Of a stretch of 64,000 nt of DNA, positions 28,884-37,102 are shown in pieces. Origin of the DNA: Elusimicrobiota bacterium (GTDB taxonomy: Bacteria > Elusimicrobiota > Elusimicrobia > Elusimicrobiales > UBA9959); the NCBI GenBank assembly GCA_027340875.1, contig DAIENX010000008.1:44284-108283 (forward strand). Reading direction: 5' to 3'. Position numbers and translations under genes: made by a program. Below the pieces are notes generated by a model. It was not told the DNA's origin. It saw only the letters and a program-made list of their open reading frames with translations, and did no database searches. Numbering within the stretch: position 1 is the stretch's first letter; the number at the start of each line of letters is the position of its first letter.

Positions 28884-29978
28884 TCAGTCCATTACCGGGA
28901 AGTAGACGGTGAAGACGGCTCCTCCGCCCGGTTTGTTGTCGGCGAAGATATGGCCGTTGTTCTGGTGGATGATGCCGTAGACGGAGGAAAGGCCGAGCCC
29001 GGTCCCCTTGCCCTTCGGCTTGGTGGTGAAGAAAGGCTCGAATATCCGGGGGAGCACGTCCTTGGGGATGCCCGGGCCGGTGTCGGAGATCTCGAATACG
29101 GCGTATTTCTCTCCTAGGAGCGAGTGCGGCACTCCGTCCGGTCCTGCGGTAAAGGTCTTTATCTTGATGGCGCCGTTGTCGGACATGGCGTCCTTGGCGT
29201 TGACGGCGAGGTTCATGATGGCCTGCTTGAAGTGTTCCGGTTCTATCTTGACCTTGGAGGGCACCGGGTCCAGGTCGTAGGCGAGGGTGACCCCCTTGCC
29301 CAGCAGGCCGGACAGCAGCGGCTTGATCTCGTCCACCGGCTCGTTGAGCGTGGTGACCACCGGCCTGCTCTCGTGCTTGCGGGCGAAGATCATCAGGTTC
29401 TTTATCAGCGCGGCGGATTCCTTGGAGGAGCGCAGGATCTCGGACGAGAGCTTATGGCCGACCGAGCCCTCCTTCAGGTCCTCCATGATCAGCTCCATGG
29501 AACCGATGATGACGGTCAGCAGGTTGTTGAAGTCGTGGGAGATCTGGCCCGCCAGCAGGCCAAGGGATTCCATCTTCTGGCTCTGGTTAAGCTGGGACTC
29601 CAGCTGGATCTCGCGGGTGACGTCCCGGCGGGTGGAGAAGTAGTACTGGATCTTCCCGGAGGCGTCGGTGATGGGGCAGATGCGCTGCTCGTCGAGGTAG
29701 AGGCTCCCGTCCTTGCGGCGGTTGACGAGCCGGCCGCGCCAGGGCTTGCCGGAGCGGATCGTGGTCCAGAGGTCGCGGTAGAAGGCCTGGTTATGCTCCC
29801 CGCTCTTGAGCAGACTGGCCTTCTTGCCGACCGCCTCGGCGCTGGAATAGCCGGTAAGGACCTCGAAGGCCGGATTGACGTAGAGTATCGTGGCTGTAGG
29901 GTCCGTAAGGAAGAAGACCTCGCAGGCCTGGTCCAGTGCCACGATAAGCGCTTCCTGCAGTTCCATGCCGGTCTTCAT
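28884..29978 (-). CDS. Cytoplasmic PAS-domain sensor histidine kinase
   Basis: PAS/PAC (YVNPAF...NRRKDG), H-box SHDFNNLL, FEPFFTTK and GTGLGL. Confidence 0.92.
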   Translation of the reverse strand: MKTGMELQEALIVALDQACEVFFLTDPTATILYVNPAFEVLTGYSSAEAVGKKASLLKSGEHNQAFYRDLWTTIRSGKPWRGRLVNRRKDGSLYLDEQRICPITDASGKIQYYFSTRRDVTREIQLESQLNQSQKMESLGLLAGQISHDFNNLLTVIIGSMELIMEDLKEGSVGHKLSSEILRSSKESAALIKNLMIFARKHESRPVVTTLNEPVDEIKPLLSGLLGKGVTLAYDLDPVPSKVKIEPEHFKQAIMNLAVNAKDAMSDNGAIKIKTFTAGPDGVPHSLLGEKYAVFEISDTGPGIPKDVLPRIFEPFFTTKPKGKGTGLGLSSVYGIIHQNNGHIFADNKPGGGAVFTVYFPVMD

Positions 29979-30087
29979 GGGGATATTGTAGCAAAACTTG
30001 GCGAATTTACATGTCCGGAGCTTATGTGTTAGAATTAATCGCAAGACCCGCGTCTTGCACCGACGCGGGTATTCTTTTGGAGGGCAT

Positions 30088-31488
30088 ATGCCGGAGCGCA
30101 ACATAAACGCGGTAAGTCCCCTTGACGGCAGGTACGCCGCTAAGATGGGGGGGCTGACGCGGGTCACCGGCGAGGCCGCCCTGGCCCGCTGCCGGGCCCT
30201 GGTGGAATGCCGCTACCTGGCCAAGCTGTGCGCGACCCCCGGGGTGAAGGCCCGCCGGCTGACTGCGGCGGAGAACGCCCTCCTGGAGAAGCTGCCCCTC
30301 CTGTCGGATTCCGACGTCAGGAAGGTCGTAGCTATCGAGGAGACCGGCGCCGGCGGCATCCCGGCCACCAGGCACGACGTCAAGGCCGTGGAGTACCTGC
30401 TGAAGGACAAGCTCCGCCGCGCCGGCATGGGCGATCTGCTGGAGCTGGTGCATTTCGGCCTTACCTCGGAGGACGTCAATAATATCTCCTACGCGCTGAT
30501 CCTGCGCGCCGGCGTGCGCGGCGAGCTGATACCGGCGCTGGATTCCATACTCGCTTCTCTGGACGAGCTGGCGCTTAAGTACGCCGACGCCCCTCTGTTG
30601 GCCCGCACCCACGGCCAGCCGGCCGTGCCGACGACCTTCGGCAAGGAGTTCCGCGTCTTCCACGCCCGCCTGGCCCGCCAGGTATCCCAGCTGGGTTCGG
30701 CGCGCATCGCGGCGAAGCTCAACGGCGCCTCCGGCAACTACAACGCGCACGTGGCCGCCTACCCCGTAGTGGACTGGCAGAAGTTCTCGCGGGAGTTCAT
30801 AGAGAGTTTCAACTCCGGCCCCGGGCCGGACCTGGAGTTCAACCCGTTCACCACGCAGATAGAGCCGCACGACAGCTACGCCGAGCTTTTCGACGCCCTG
30901 CGCCGCGCGAACACGATACTGCTGGCCTTCTGCCAGGACATGTGGCGCTACATCTCCGCCGGTCTGGTGAAGCAGAAGGCCGTGGCCGGGGAGGTCGGCT
31001 CCTCCACTATGCCGCAGAAGGTGAACCCCATACACTTCGAGAACGCCGAGGGCAACCTCGGAGTGGCCAACGCGCTGCTGGGCTTCTTCTCCGCCAAGCT
31101 GCCGGTTTCCAGGCTGCAGCGGGACCTTTCCGACTCCACGGTGGAGCGTAATTTCGGCGCCGCGCTGGGGCACTGCGTCTCCGCGTACGGCTCCATACTG
31201 ACCGGCCTGTCGCGCGTTTCGCCCGACCCTGCCGCCGCGGAGGCGGAGCTGGGGTCTCACCCCGAGGTGCTGGCCGAGGGCATTCAGACCATACTCCGCC
31301 GTGAGCGGGCCAGCGGTCCCTACGAGCTGCTCAGCAAGTGCACGCGGGGCCGCAGCGTGACCGCCGCGGAGATGAACGCTTTCATAGACGGCCTCGAGCT
31401 CAAGCCCGCGGTGAAGACCGAGCTCAAGCGCCTTACGCCCCTTAACTATACGGGGCTTTCTGCCAAGCTAGCGAGGACCAGGAGGTAA
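30088..31488 (+). CDS. purB: Adenylosuccinate lyase
   Basis: SPLDGRY, ARTHGQ and GSSTMPQKVNPIHFEN motifs; start MPERN after GGAGG. Confidence 0.96.
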   Translation: MPERNINAVSPLDGRYAAKMGGLTRVTGEAALARCRALVECRYLAKLCATPGVKARRLTAAENALLEKLPLLSDSDVRKVVAIEETGAGGIPATRHDVKAVEYLLKDKLRRAGMGDLLELVHFGLTSEDVNNISYALILRAGVRGELIPALDSILASLDELALKYADAPLLARTHGQPAVPTTFGKEFRVFHARLARQVSQLGSARIAAKLNGASGNYNAHVAAYPVVDWQKFSREFIESFNSGPGPDLEFNPFTTQIEPHDSYAELFDALRRANTILLAFCQDMWRYISAGLVKQKAVAGEVGSSTMPQKVNPIHFENAEGNLGVANALLGFFSAKLPVSRLQRDLSDSTVERNFGAALGHCVSAYGSILTGLSRVSPDPAAAEAELGSHPEVLAEGIQTILRRERASGPYELLSKCTRGRSVTAAEMNAFIDGLELKPAVKTELKRLTPLNYTGLSAKLARTRR

Positions 31489-31489
31489 C

Positions 31490-32506
31490 ATGCCAGTAGA
31501 TATAGTGGTGGGCGGCCAGGCCGGGGACGAGGGCAAGGGGAAGATCACGGCCTACCTGGCCGCGAAGAACGATTACGACTACTCCATACGCGTCGGCGGT
31601 CCCAACGCCGGCCATACGATCTTTTACAACGACAGGATCTACACGCTGAAGACCACCCCTGGCGGCTTCGTCAACAGGAAGACGAAGCTGGTCCTCGGCG
31701 CCGGCACCTACATAATACCTGAATGGCTGGAGAAGGAGATGAAGCTGACCGGCACGGCCGGCCGCTTCATCATAGACCCTCACGCCGTCATAATAGAGCC
31801 GCGCCATACGGAGGCGGAGCGCGGCGACCCTCGCATGATGGGCAAGATCGGCAGCGTCGGGACAGGCCTGGGCGCGGCGGTGCGCGACAGGGTGGACCGC
31901 AAGAAGCTGATGTTCGCCAAGGACCACCCGCGCCTGAAGAGATTCGTGAAGGACGTGCCGGAGCTGCTGAACAAGGCGCTGGCCAAGGGCTCCCGGATGC
32001 TGCTCGAGGGCACGCAGGGCATGAAGCTCTCCAACCTGCACGGCGAGTACCCCTTCGTGACCTCCCGCGACACCACGGCCTCCACCTTCATGGGCGAGGC
32101 CGGCCTCGGCCCCAAGTACGCCGGGGACGTTTACGCCGTCTTCAAGCCGTACGTCACGCGCGTCGGCCCAGGTCTGGTGGCGAAGGAGATGAAGGACAAG
32201 AAGAAGCTCAATAAGTACCATACCGCCGGCCGAGAGGTGGGCAGCGTCAGCGGGCGACTGCGCCGGGTGGGGGAATTCGAGATGAACGTCGCGCTTCAGA
32301 CGGTGCGCATAAATTCCGCCACGAAGCTCGCTATAACCCACATAGACATGCTCGAAGGCGCGGACCTGAGCCGCGGCGTGAAAAGCTTCACCGGTGAGGC
32401 GCGGAAGTTCATGGCCACGCTGGATAAGGTCTGCGCGGCCTACCCGTATCCCAAGGTCAGCCTGATCTCGTACGGCCCTGGCCTGCACGAGGTGCTGGAG
32501 CTGTAG
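31490..32506 (+). CDS. purA: Adenylosuccinate synthetase, short form (338 aa)
   Basis: GDEGKGK, GPNAGHT, EGTQG, YPFVTS and TRVG motifs. Confidence 0.94.
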   Translation: MPVDIVVGGQAGDEGKGKITAYLAAKNDYDYSIRVGGPNAGHTIFYNDRIYTLKTTPGGFVNRKTKLVLGAGTYIIPEWLEKEMKLTGTAGRFIIDPHAVIIEPRHTEAERGDPRMMGKIGSVGTGLGAAVRDRVDRKKLMFAKDHPRLKRFVKDVPELLNKALAKGSRMLLEGTQGMKLSNLHGEYPFVTSRDTTASTFMGEAGLGPKYAGDVYAVFKPYVTRVGPGLVAKEMKDKKKLNKYHTAGREVGSVSGRLRRVGEFEMNVALQTVRINSATKLAITHIDMLEGADLSRGVKSFTGEARKFMATLDKVCAAYPYPKVSLISYGPGLHEVLEL

Positions 32507-32567
32507 CGCCCTGCTTTCGCCGGGTTTTCAAAAAATGCTATTATTGATGGGCAGTCATACCACAAAT

Positions 32568-32639
32568 GCCGCGGTAGCTCAGTGGTAGAGCACTGGTCTG
32601 AAAAACCAGGTGTCGTTGGTTCGATCCCAACCCGCGGCA
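32568..32639 (+). tRNA. tRNA-Phe (GAA); CCA not encoded
   Basis: Cloverleaf: acceptor GCCGCGG/CCGCGGC, D-arm GCTC/GAGC, anticodon arm CTGGT-CTGAAAA-ACCAG, T-arm GTTGG-TTCGATC-CCAAC. Confidence 0.97.
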
Positions 32640-32661
32640 TAGTCTATTTCGGGAGGCGGCC

Positions 32662-33030
32662 ATGACCCTCCATAACAAGATCCTGATAGCCGACGACGAC
32701 GCGGAGATGCTCGAGACCCTCAGCTCCATGCTGGAGGGGGAGGGCTATCAGGTCGTAAGGGCGGAGAACGGGGAAGAGGCCGTGGAGCTGGCGCACAAGG
32801 AGCTGCCCGCGCTCATCATGCTCGACATCCATATGCCGAGGATGGACGGCCTTACCGCCTGCCACGAGATCAAGACGGCCGCCGTCACGAAAGCCATCCC
32901 CGTGGTCATGCTGACCGTCGAGGGCAGCATCACCGAGATACAGCAGGCCATCAATTACGGCGCCAAGACCTATATCACCAAGCCTTCCAGCAGGGAAGAG
33001 ATACTGAAGGTGATAAAAAGCGTGCTCTGA
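32662..33030 (+). CDS. Single-domain response regulator (CheY-like)
   Basis: ILIADDD, LDIHMP and YITKP motifs. Confidence 0.93.
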   Translation: MTLHNKILIADDDAEMLETLSSMLEGEGYQVVRAENGEEAVELAHKELPALIMLDIHMPRMDGLTACHEIKTAAVTKAIPVVMLTVEGSITEIQQAINYGAKTYITKPSSREEILKVIKSVL

Positions 33031-33049
33031 GCGGTAACGGCGAGGAGCA

Positions 33050-33083
33050 AAAAAACAAGGGCCCCTACGGGCCCTTGTTTTTT
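33050..33083. terminator. Bidirectional intrinsic terminator
   Basis: AAAAAACAAGGGCCC-CTAC-GGGCCCTTGTTTTTT between convergent genes. Confidence 0.85.
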
Positions 33084-33110
33084 ATCCGATCCGGGGAAAG
33101 CCCCCCGGAG

Positions 33111-33716
33111 TTACTGGCCGATGTTCACTACCAGGTCCTTGGCCAGCGCGTCCGTGACGTCCATGATGGCGCTCTGGATAATGGCCTCAGGCTTGGCCAG
33201 CTCGCCCATCTTTCCGCCGAAGGCGTGCTTCTCGGAGGACTTGGCCTTGCCCACGGCCCGGCCGGCGCCTATAAGCTCGCCGGTCTCCAGGTTGACCATG
33301 CGCGCCTCCACCGCCACTTCGACTTTCCTGTCCGTTTTCTCCGCTATCTTGACGCTTCTCCATTCGTCCTTCACCGAGAGGGCGGTGACGGAGCCGAGTA
33401 CCGCGAAGCGCGCGCCTATCTGCTTGCCGACCTGGGCCGCCGTCGCGGAGTCTATCACTCCGGAGGAGGCCAGCTTCAGTTCCGCGAGGGCGGCGTCGAC
33501 GCGGGCGCGCTCGACCAGCCTTACCCTGCCGGTCTTCATCAGCGACGCCGTCAGCGCGTCCTGGAGCCCGGAGACGCTGGAGGCGTACTGCGGGTCGGCG
33601 GCCGAGTAGACGAACGGCATAACGCAGGCCAGCGGGCGCTGCGCGAAAGGTATCTGGGTACTGGCGCAGGCGCCTGCGAGCAGCAGGACAGGCAGTAACG
33701 ATCTGAAGTTTTTCAT
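33111..33716 (-). CDS. CsgG/HfaB-family lipoprotein
   Basis: Lipobox LAGAC; LVERARVDAALAE...QVGKQIGARFAVLGSV. Confidence 0.8.
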   Translation of the reverse strand: MKNFRSLLPVLLLAGACASTQIPFAQRPLACVMPFVYSAADPQYASSVSGLQDALTASLMKTGRVRLVERARVDAALAELKLASSGVIDSATAAQVGKQIGARFAVLGSVTALSVKDEWRSVKIAEKTDRKVEVAVEARMVNLETGELIGAGRAVGKAKSSEKHAFGGKMGELAKPEAIIQSAIMDVTDALAKDLVVNIGQ

Positions 33717-33829
33717 GCGGTCTTCTCCCCTAAAACGCGGTATGCAGAGATTCTAGCAAAAGTTCCAGCGGCGGATAGTGTAAAATATCGGTTGGGCCGG
33801 CATTCGGCCCGCTAGGAGGGTTTAAAGAA

Positions 33830-34459
33830 ATGTCCTTATCAAGATTGGCGGCCGTCCTGTCCGCGATGCTGGTCTTAGGTGCGGCTTCCGCCGCTGACTC
33901 GCGGGCGGGCTGGACCCCGTTCAAGGTGCAGACTTCGCCTGGAGGCTGGGACTGGCCGGAGGACGCCGACACGGTGGCCGGCCTTGTCTTCAACTTCAAA
34001 GGCGATACTTCCAGGATATACGGCCTGCAGCTGGGCTGGATAAACGGCTCCGATTCAGCCGCCGGGATCCAACTCTCGCTGGCCTACAATCTGGCGGCCG
34101 ACGGCGTTTACGGCCTGCAGGCCTCTCCGGCCGTGAACTTCGCCGACCGGCAGTACGGGCTGCAGCTCGGCGCCTGGAACAGCGCCAATCGCTCCATGGG
34201 ACTTCAGGCGGCCTGGCTGCGGAACTGGAGCGACCGCGGCGGGGGGCTGATGGCGGCGCCCGTGAACGTGACGAAGAGCGCGATGAGGGGGATACAGGCC
34301 GGAGTGGTCAACCGCAGCGACGGGGATATGAGCGGGATACAGCTGGGGCTGCTGAACATCTGCAGGGGCACGTTGAAAGGGCTGCAGCTGGGCTTCGCCA
34401 ACATAGGCGGGCAGAACGCGCTGCTGCCGTTCGCTATCGGCTTTAACGCAGGGTTCTAG
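33830..34459 (+). CDS. Exported protein with GLQxGxxN repeats (LA_2272-like surface repeat)
   Basis: Signal peptide; about 8 repeats of G(L/I)Q...N; C-terminal F. Confidence 0.75.
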   Translation: MSLSRLAAVLSAMLVLGAASAADSRAGWTPFKVQTSPGGWDWPEDADTVAGLVFNFKGDTSRIYGLQLGWINGSDSAAGIQLSLAYNLAADGVYGLQASPAVNFADRQYGLQLGAWNSANRSMGLQAAWLRNWSDRGGGLMAAPVNVTKSAMRGIQAGVVNRSDGDMSGIQLGLLNICRGTLKGLQLGFANIGGQNALLPFAIGFNAGF

Positions 34460-34466
34460 GCCGCGT

Positions 34467-35642
34467 TCAGCCGACCCGCAGCAGCACGAAGTGCAGGTAC
34501 TCGGATTCGGGCATGTTCAGCAGGACCTGGTGGTCTTTGGCCTGGCCGCGCAGTTCCGCTATGACCGGCGTGCGGCCTGCCCTGGCCGAGGCCGACGACA
34601 GCGTTTCCAGCAGCGCGGCGCGGGAGATGTGGTGCGAGCAGGTCGAGACCGCCAGGTAGCCGCCGCCGGGCAGGGCCTTCAAGGCGGCCGCGGCCATGCG
34701 CGAGAGCATTTTCAGCGCCTGCGGGAGATGCTTCTTGTTGCGGACGATGTTGGGCGGGTCCAGCAGGATGAAATCCGGGTTTTCCGGCAGCTGCCCGGCT
34801 TCCATGGCCTCCAGCAGGCGCTCCGCCTTCTCCTTCCTGAAGACTATCTTGTCGGCCACGCCGTTGAGCCTGGCGTTCTCCTGCGCGCCCTCTATGGCCT
34901 TCTCCGAGGAATCCACGCCCCAGACAGCGGCGGCGCCGGCCTTCGCGGCGGTGATGGCGAAGGCGCCTAGGTAGGTGTGCAGGTCGAGAACCTTGCGCCC
35001 CGCGAAGAGCGGGGCCAGCGCGGCGCGGTTCTCGCGCTGGTCGAAATACCAGCCTGTCTTCTGCGCGCCGGCCATCGGCACGCGGTAGCGCAGGCCGTTC
35101 TCCTCTATCTCCGCGGAGTCCGGCATGACGCCGAAGGCGGTCTCCTCGTAGGAGAGCAGGCCCTCGAGCTCCCGGAACTGGTGCGTGTTCTTGTAGAGGA
35201 TGCCGCGCGGGCGCAGCAGGTCGGTAAGCGCGGCGGTTATCTCGCCCTTTAAAAGTTCCATTCCCGCGGAAAGTATCTCCGCGACCGCGTAGTCGCCGTA
35301 CCTGTCCACCACCAGCCCCGGCAGCCCGTCGGATTCTCCGAAGCAGAGGCGGCAGGCCCGGTCAATTCCCAGCTCCTCGCGGTAGCGGAGGGCGGCGGCG
35401 AGTCGCTCGCGGACGAAGTCCCGCGGAGCCTGCGGAGTATCCTTGGCCAGCAGGCGCATCGAAATGAGGCTGCGCGGGTTGAAGAACCCTACGCCGGCCG
35501 GCCTTCCGTCGGGATAGGCCAGGCCGCAGACGGTGCCGGGGAGGATGGAGGTGTCCACGGTCTGCAGCTCGTTGGAGAATATCCAGGGATGGGCGGAGGC
35601 CCTCCGCCTTACCGCCGCGGATTTAAGTTTGAGGATGTTCAT
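34467..35642 (-). CDS. Class I SAM-dependent rRNA methyltransferase (RlmI/YwbD-like)
   Basis: HPWIFSNE, ESDGLPGLVVD, QKTGWYFDQREN and LDPP motifs. Confidence 0.9.
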   Translation of the reverse strand: MNILKLKSAAVRRRASAHPWIFSNELQTVDTSILPGTVCGLAYPDGRPAGVGFFNPRSLISMRLLAKDTPQAPRDFVRERLAAALRYREELGIDRACRLCFGESDGLPGLVVDRYGDYAVAEILSAGMELLKGEITAALTDLLRPRGILYKNTHQFRELEGLLSYEETAFGVMPDSAEIEENGLRYRVPMAGAQKTGWYFDQRENRAALAPLFAGRKVLDLHTYLGAFAITAAKAGAAAVWGVDSSEKAIEGAQENARLNGVADKIVFRKEKAERLLEAMEAGQLPENPDFILLDPPNIVRNKKHLPQALKMLSRMAAAALKALPGGGYLAVSTCSHHISRAALLETLSSASARAGRTPVIAELRGQAKDHQVLLNMPESEYLHFVLLRVG

Positions 35643-35643
35643 A

Positions 35644-36429
35644 TTATTGGTCCAGCGAGACTATGGCTTCCACCGGGGCGCCTATCTTGACGTCGAAGCT
35701 GCGGGCGAAACTGCCGTTCCTGACCGAGAACTCGAGGAAGCCGAACGAGCCTATCAGGGCCAGCGGCTCTCCCTCCGCGACCGAGGCGTACGTCAGCTTG
35801 AGGCCCTTGAGCATGCGGCCGCCGGCGTTGAATACGCCGCGGGCTCCGACGTATTCGCGGGCGATATTGGTTATCACGTTCCCGAAATGGTCGATGGCTA
35901 TCACCTGACCGGTTATCCTGTTGCCGGCCTTGACCGGCTGGGGGAACGGGAAACGGCGGTAATCCGGGAACAGCGGGCCTATCTTCGCCTCCGGGAGGCC
36001 CTTGGCTATGGCCGCCGCGACCGGGGCCATGATATCCCTGCCGTGGAACGTGGAGCTGATCGTCTCCATGAAAAGGGAGGAGTTGTTGATGAAGCGTGCG
36101 TCGCGGATCTTCTCCTTCTGGTCGACCCAGCTGATCAGGCCGTTGTCCGGGGCGATGAACTGGTGGTACGCCGTCCTGGTCCAGATTATGCCGCGTCCCG
36201 TGCCCACTGTCGGGTCCACCACGCAGAGGAAGAGCGTGCCCTTGGGCATGTAAGGGGTGGCCGCCATCAGGTAGAAGGCGGCCGTCTGTATGTCCTGCGG
36301 GGGGATCTGGTGCGTTATGTCGATTATCGTGACGCCCGGCGCCTTGGAGAGCAGGACGCCCTTCATAGCGCCCACGAACGGGTCGTGGGTGCCGAAATCG
36401 GAGATAAGTGCTATGTGCTTGGTCTTCAT
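35644..36429 (-). CDS. SAM hydroxide adenosyltransferase / chlorinase-fluorinase family (DUF62)
   Basis: SDFGTHD, VVDPTVG, PDNG, TFHGRD and IDHFGN motifs. Confidence 0.92.
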   Translation of the reverse strand: MKTKHIALISDFGTHDPFVGAMKGVLLSKAPGVTIIDITHQIPPQDIQTAAFYLMAATPYMPKGTLFLCVVDPTVGTGRGIIWTRTAYHQFIAPDNGLISWVDQKEKIRDARFINNSSLFMETISSTFHGRDIMAPVAAAIAKGLPEAKIGPLFPDYRRFPFPQPVKAGNRITGQVIAIDHFGNVITNIAREYVGARGVFNAGGRMLKGLKLTYASVAEGEPLALIGSFGFLEFSVRNGSFARSFDVKIGAPVEAIVSLDQ

Positions 36430-36503
36430 CGTTAAGATCGGGGACGCCGTGCCGAGGTCGGCGCTCCTGAGGGGCTACGGCGCGCCGCCTGGCGCGGGTG
36501 AGG

Positions 36504-37100
36504 CTATTCGTGGCCGTGGACGCGGTGAACGGTCGAGCCGGGGATCGTGAGCGGCAGCTTCTGCCGGCAGAGCGGGCAGTTGTCGGGCGGGAAGAGCTGC
36601 AGCGGGTAGGAGATCAGGCCGCGCACCGGCACGTTGAGCGGCAGGTCGCCGGTGGAACGGTCGACTATGGCCACCACGCCTATCACCTTGGCTCCGTAGC
36701 CGCGGGCCAGGCTGATGGCCTCGGCGCAGAGGCGGCCGGAGTTGAGGACGTCGTCCACCACCAGCACGCGCTCGCCCTCGGAGATCTTGAAGTCGCGCTT
36801 GAGCACCATGACGCCGTTGATCTTCTCGGTGAAGATGGAGCGCGCCTTCTTCACGCGGGCGACTTCCTGGCCGATGGCCATCGAACCTACTGAGGGGGAG
36901 ATCACCACGTTGATCTCCTGAGGGAACTTGGCGGCCATCTCCTTAGCCACCTTCTGGGCTAGGTGCGGGTACTGGAGCACCAGGGAGGGCTGGATATAGG
37001 TCTGGGTGTGGAAGCCGGAAGGTATCTGGAAATGGCCGTTCAGTATCGCGCCGTGCTCCTGGAGCAGGCCTACCACGTCGAATTTTCCCAGTTTTGACAT
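36504..37100 (-). CDS. pyrE: Orotate phosphoribosyltransferase
   Basis: GHFQIPSGFH, PRPP motif VLVVDDVLNSG, C-terminal CPLC typical of Thermus/Clostridia-type PyrE. Confidence 0.82.
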   Translation of the reverse strand: MSKLGKFDVVGLLQEHGAILNGHFQIPSGFHTQTYIQPSLVLQYPHLAQKVAKEMAAKFPQEINVVISPSVGSMAIGQEVARVKKARSIFTEKINGVMVLKRDFKISEGERVLVVDDVLNSGRLCAEAISLARGYGAKVIGVVAIVDRSTGDLPLNVPVRGLISYPLQLFPPDNCPLCRQKLPLTIPGSTVHRVHGHE

Positions 37101-37102
37101 CG

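Noticed and set aside
32568..34459. Genomic island integrated at tRNA-Phe
   Set aside because: No integrase, no duplicated tRNA 3' end seen, and no composition shift downstream.
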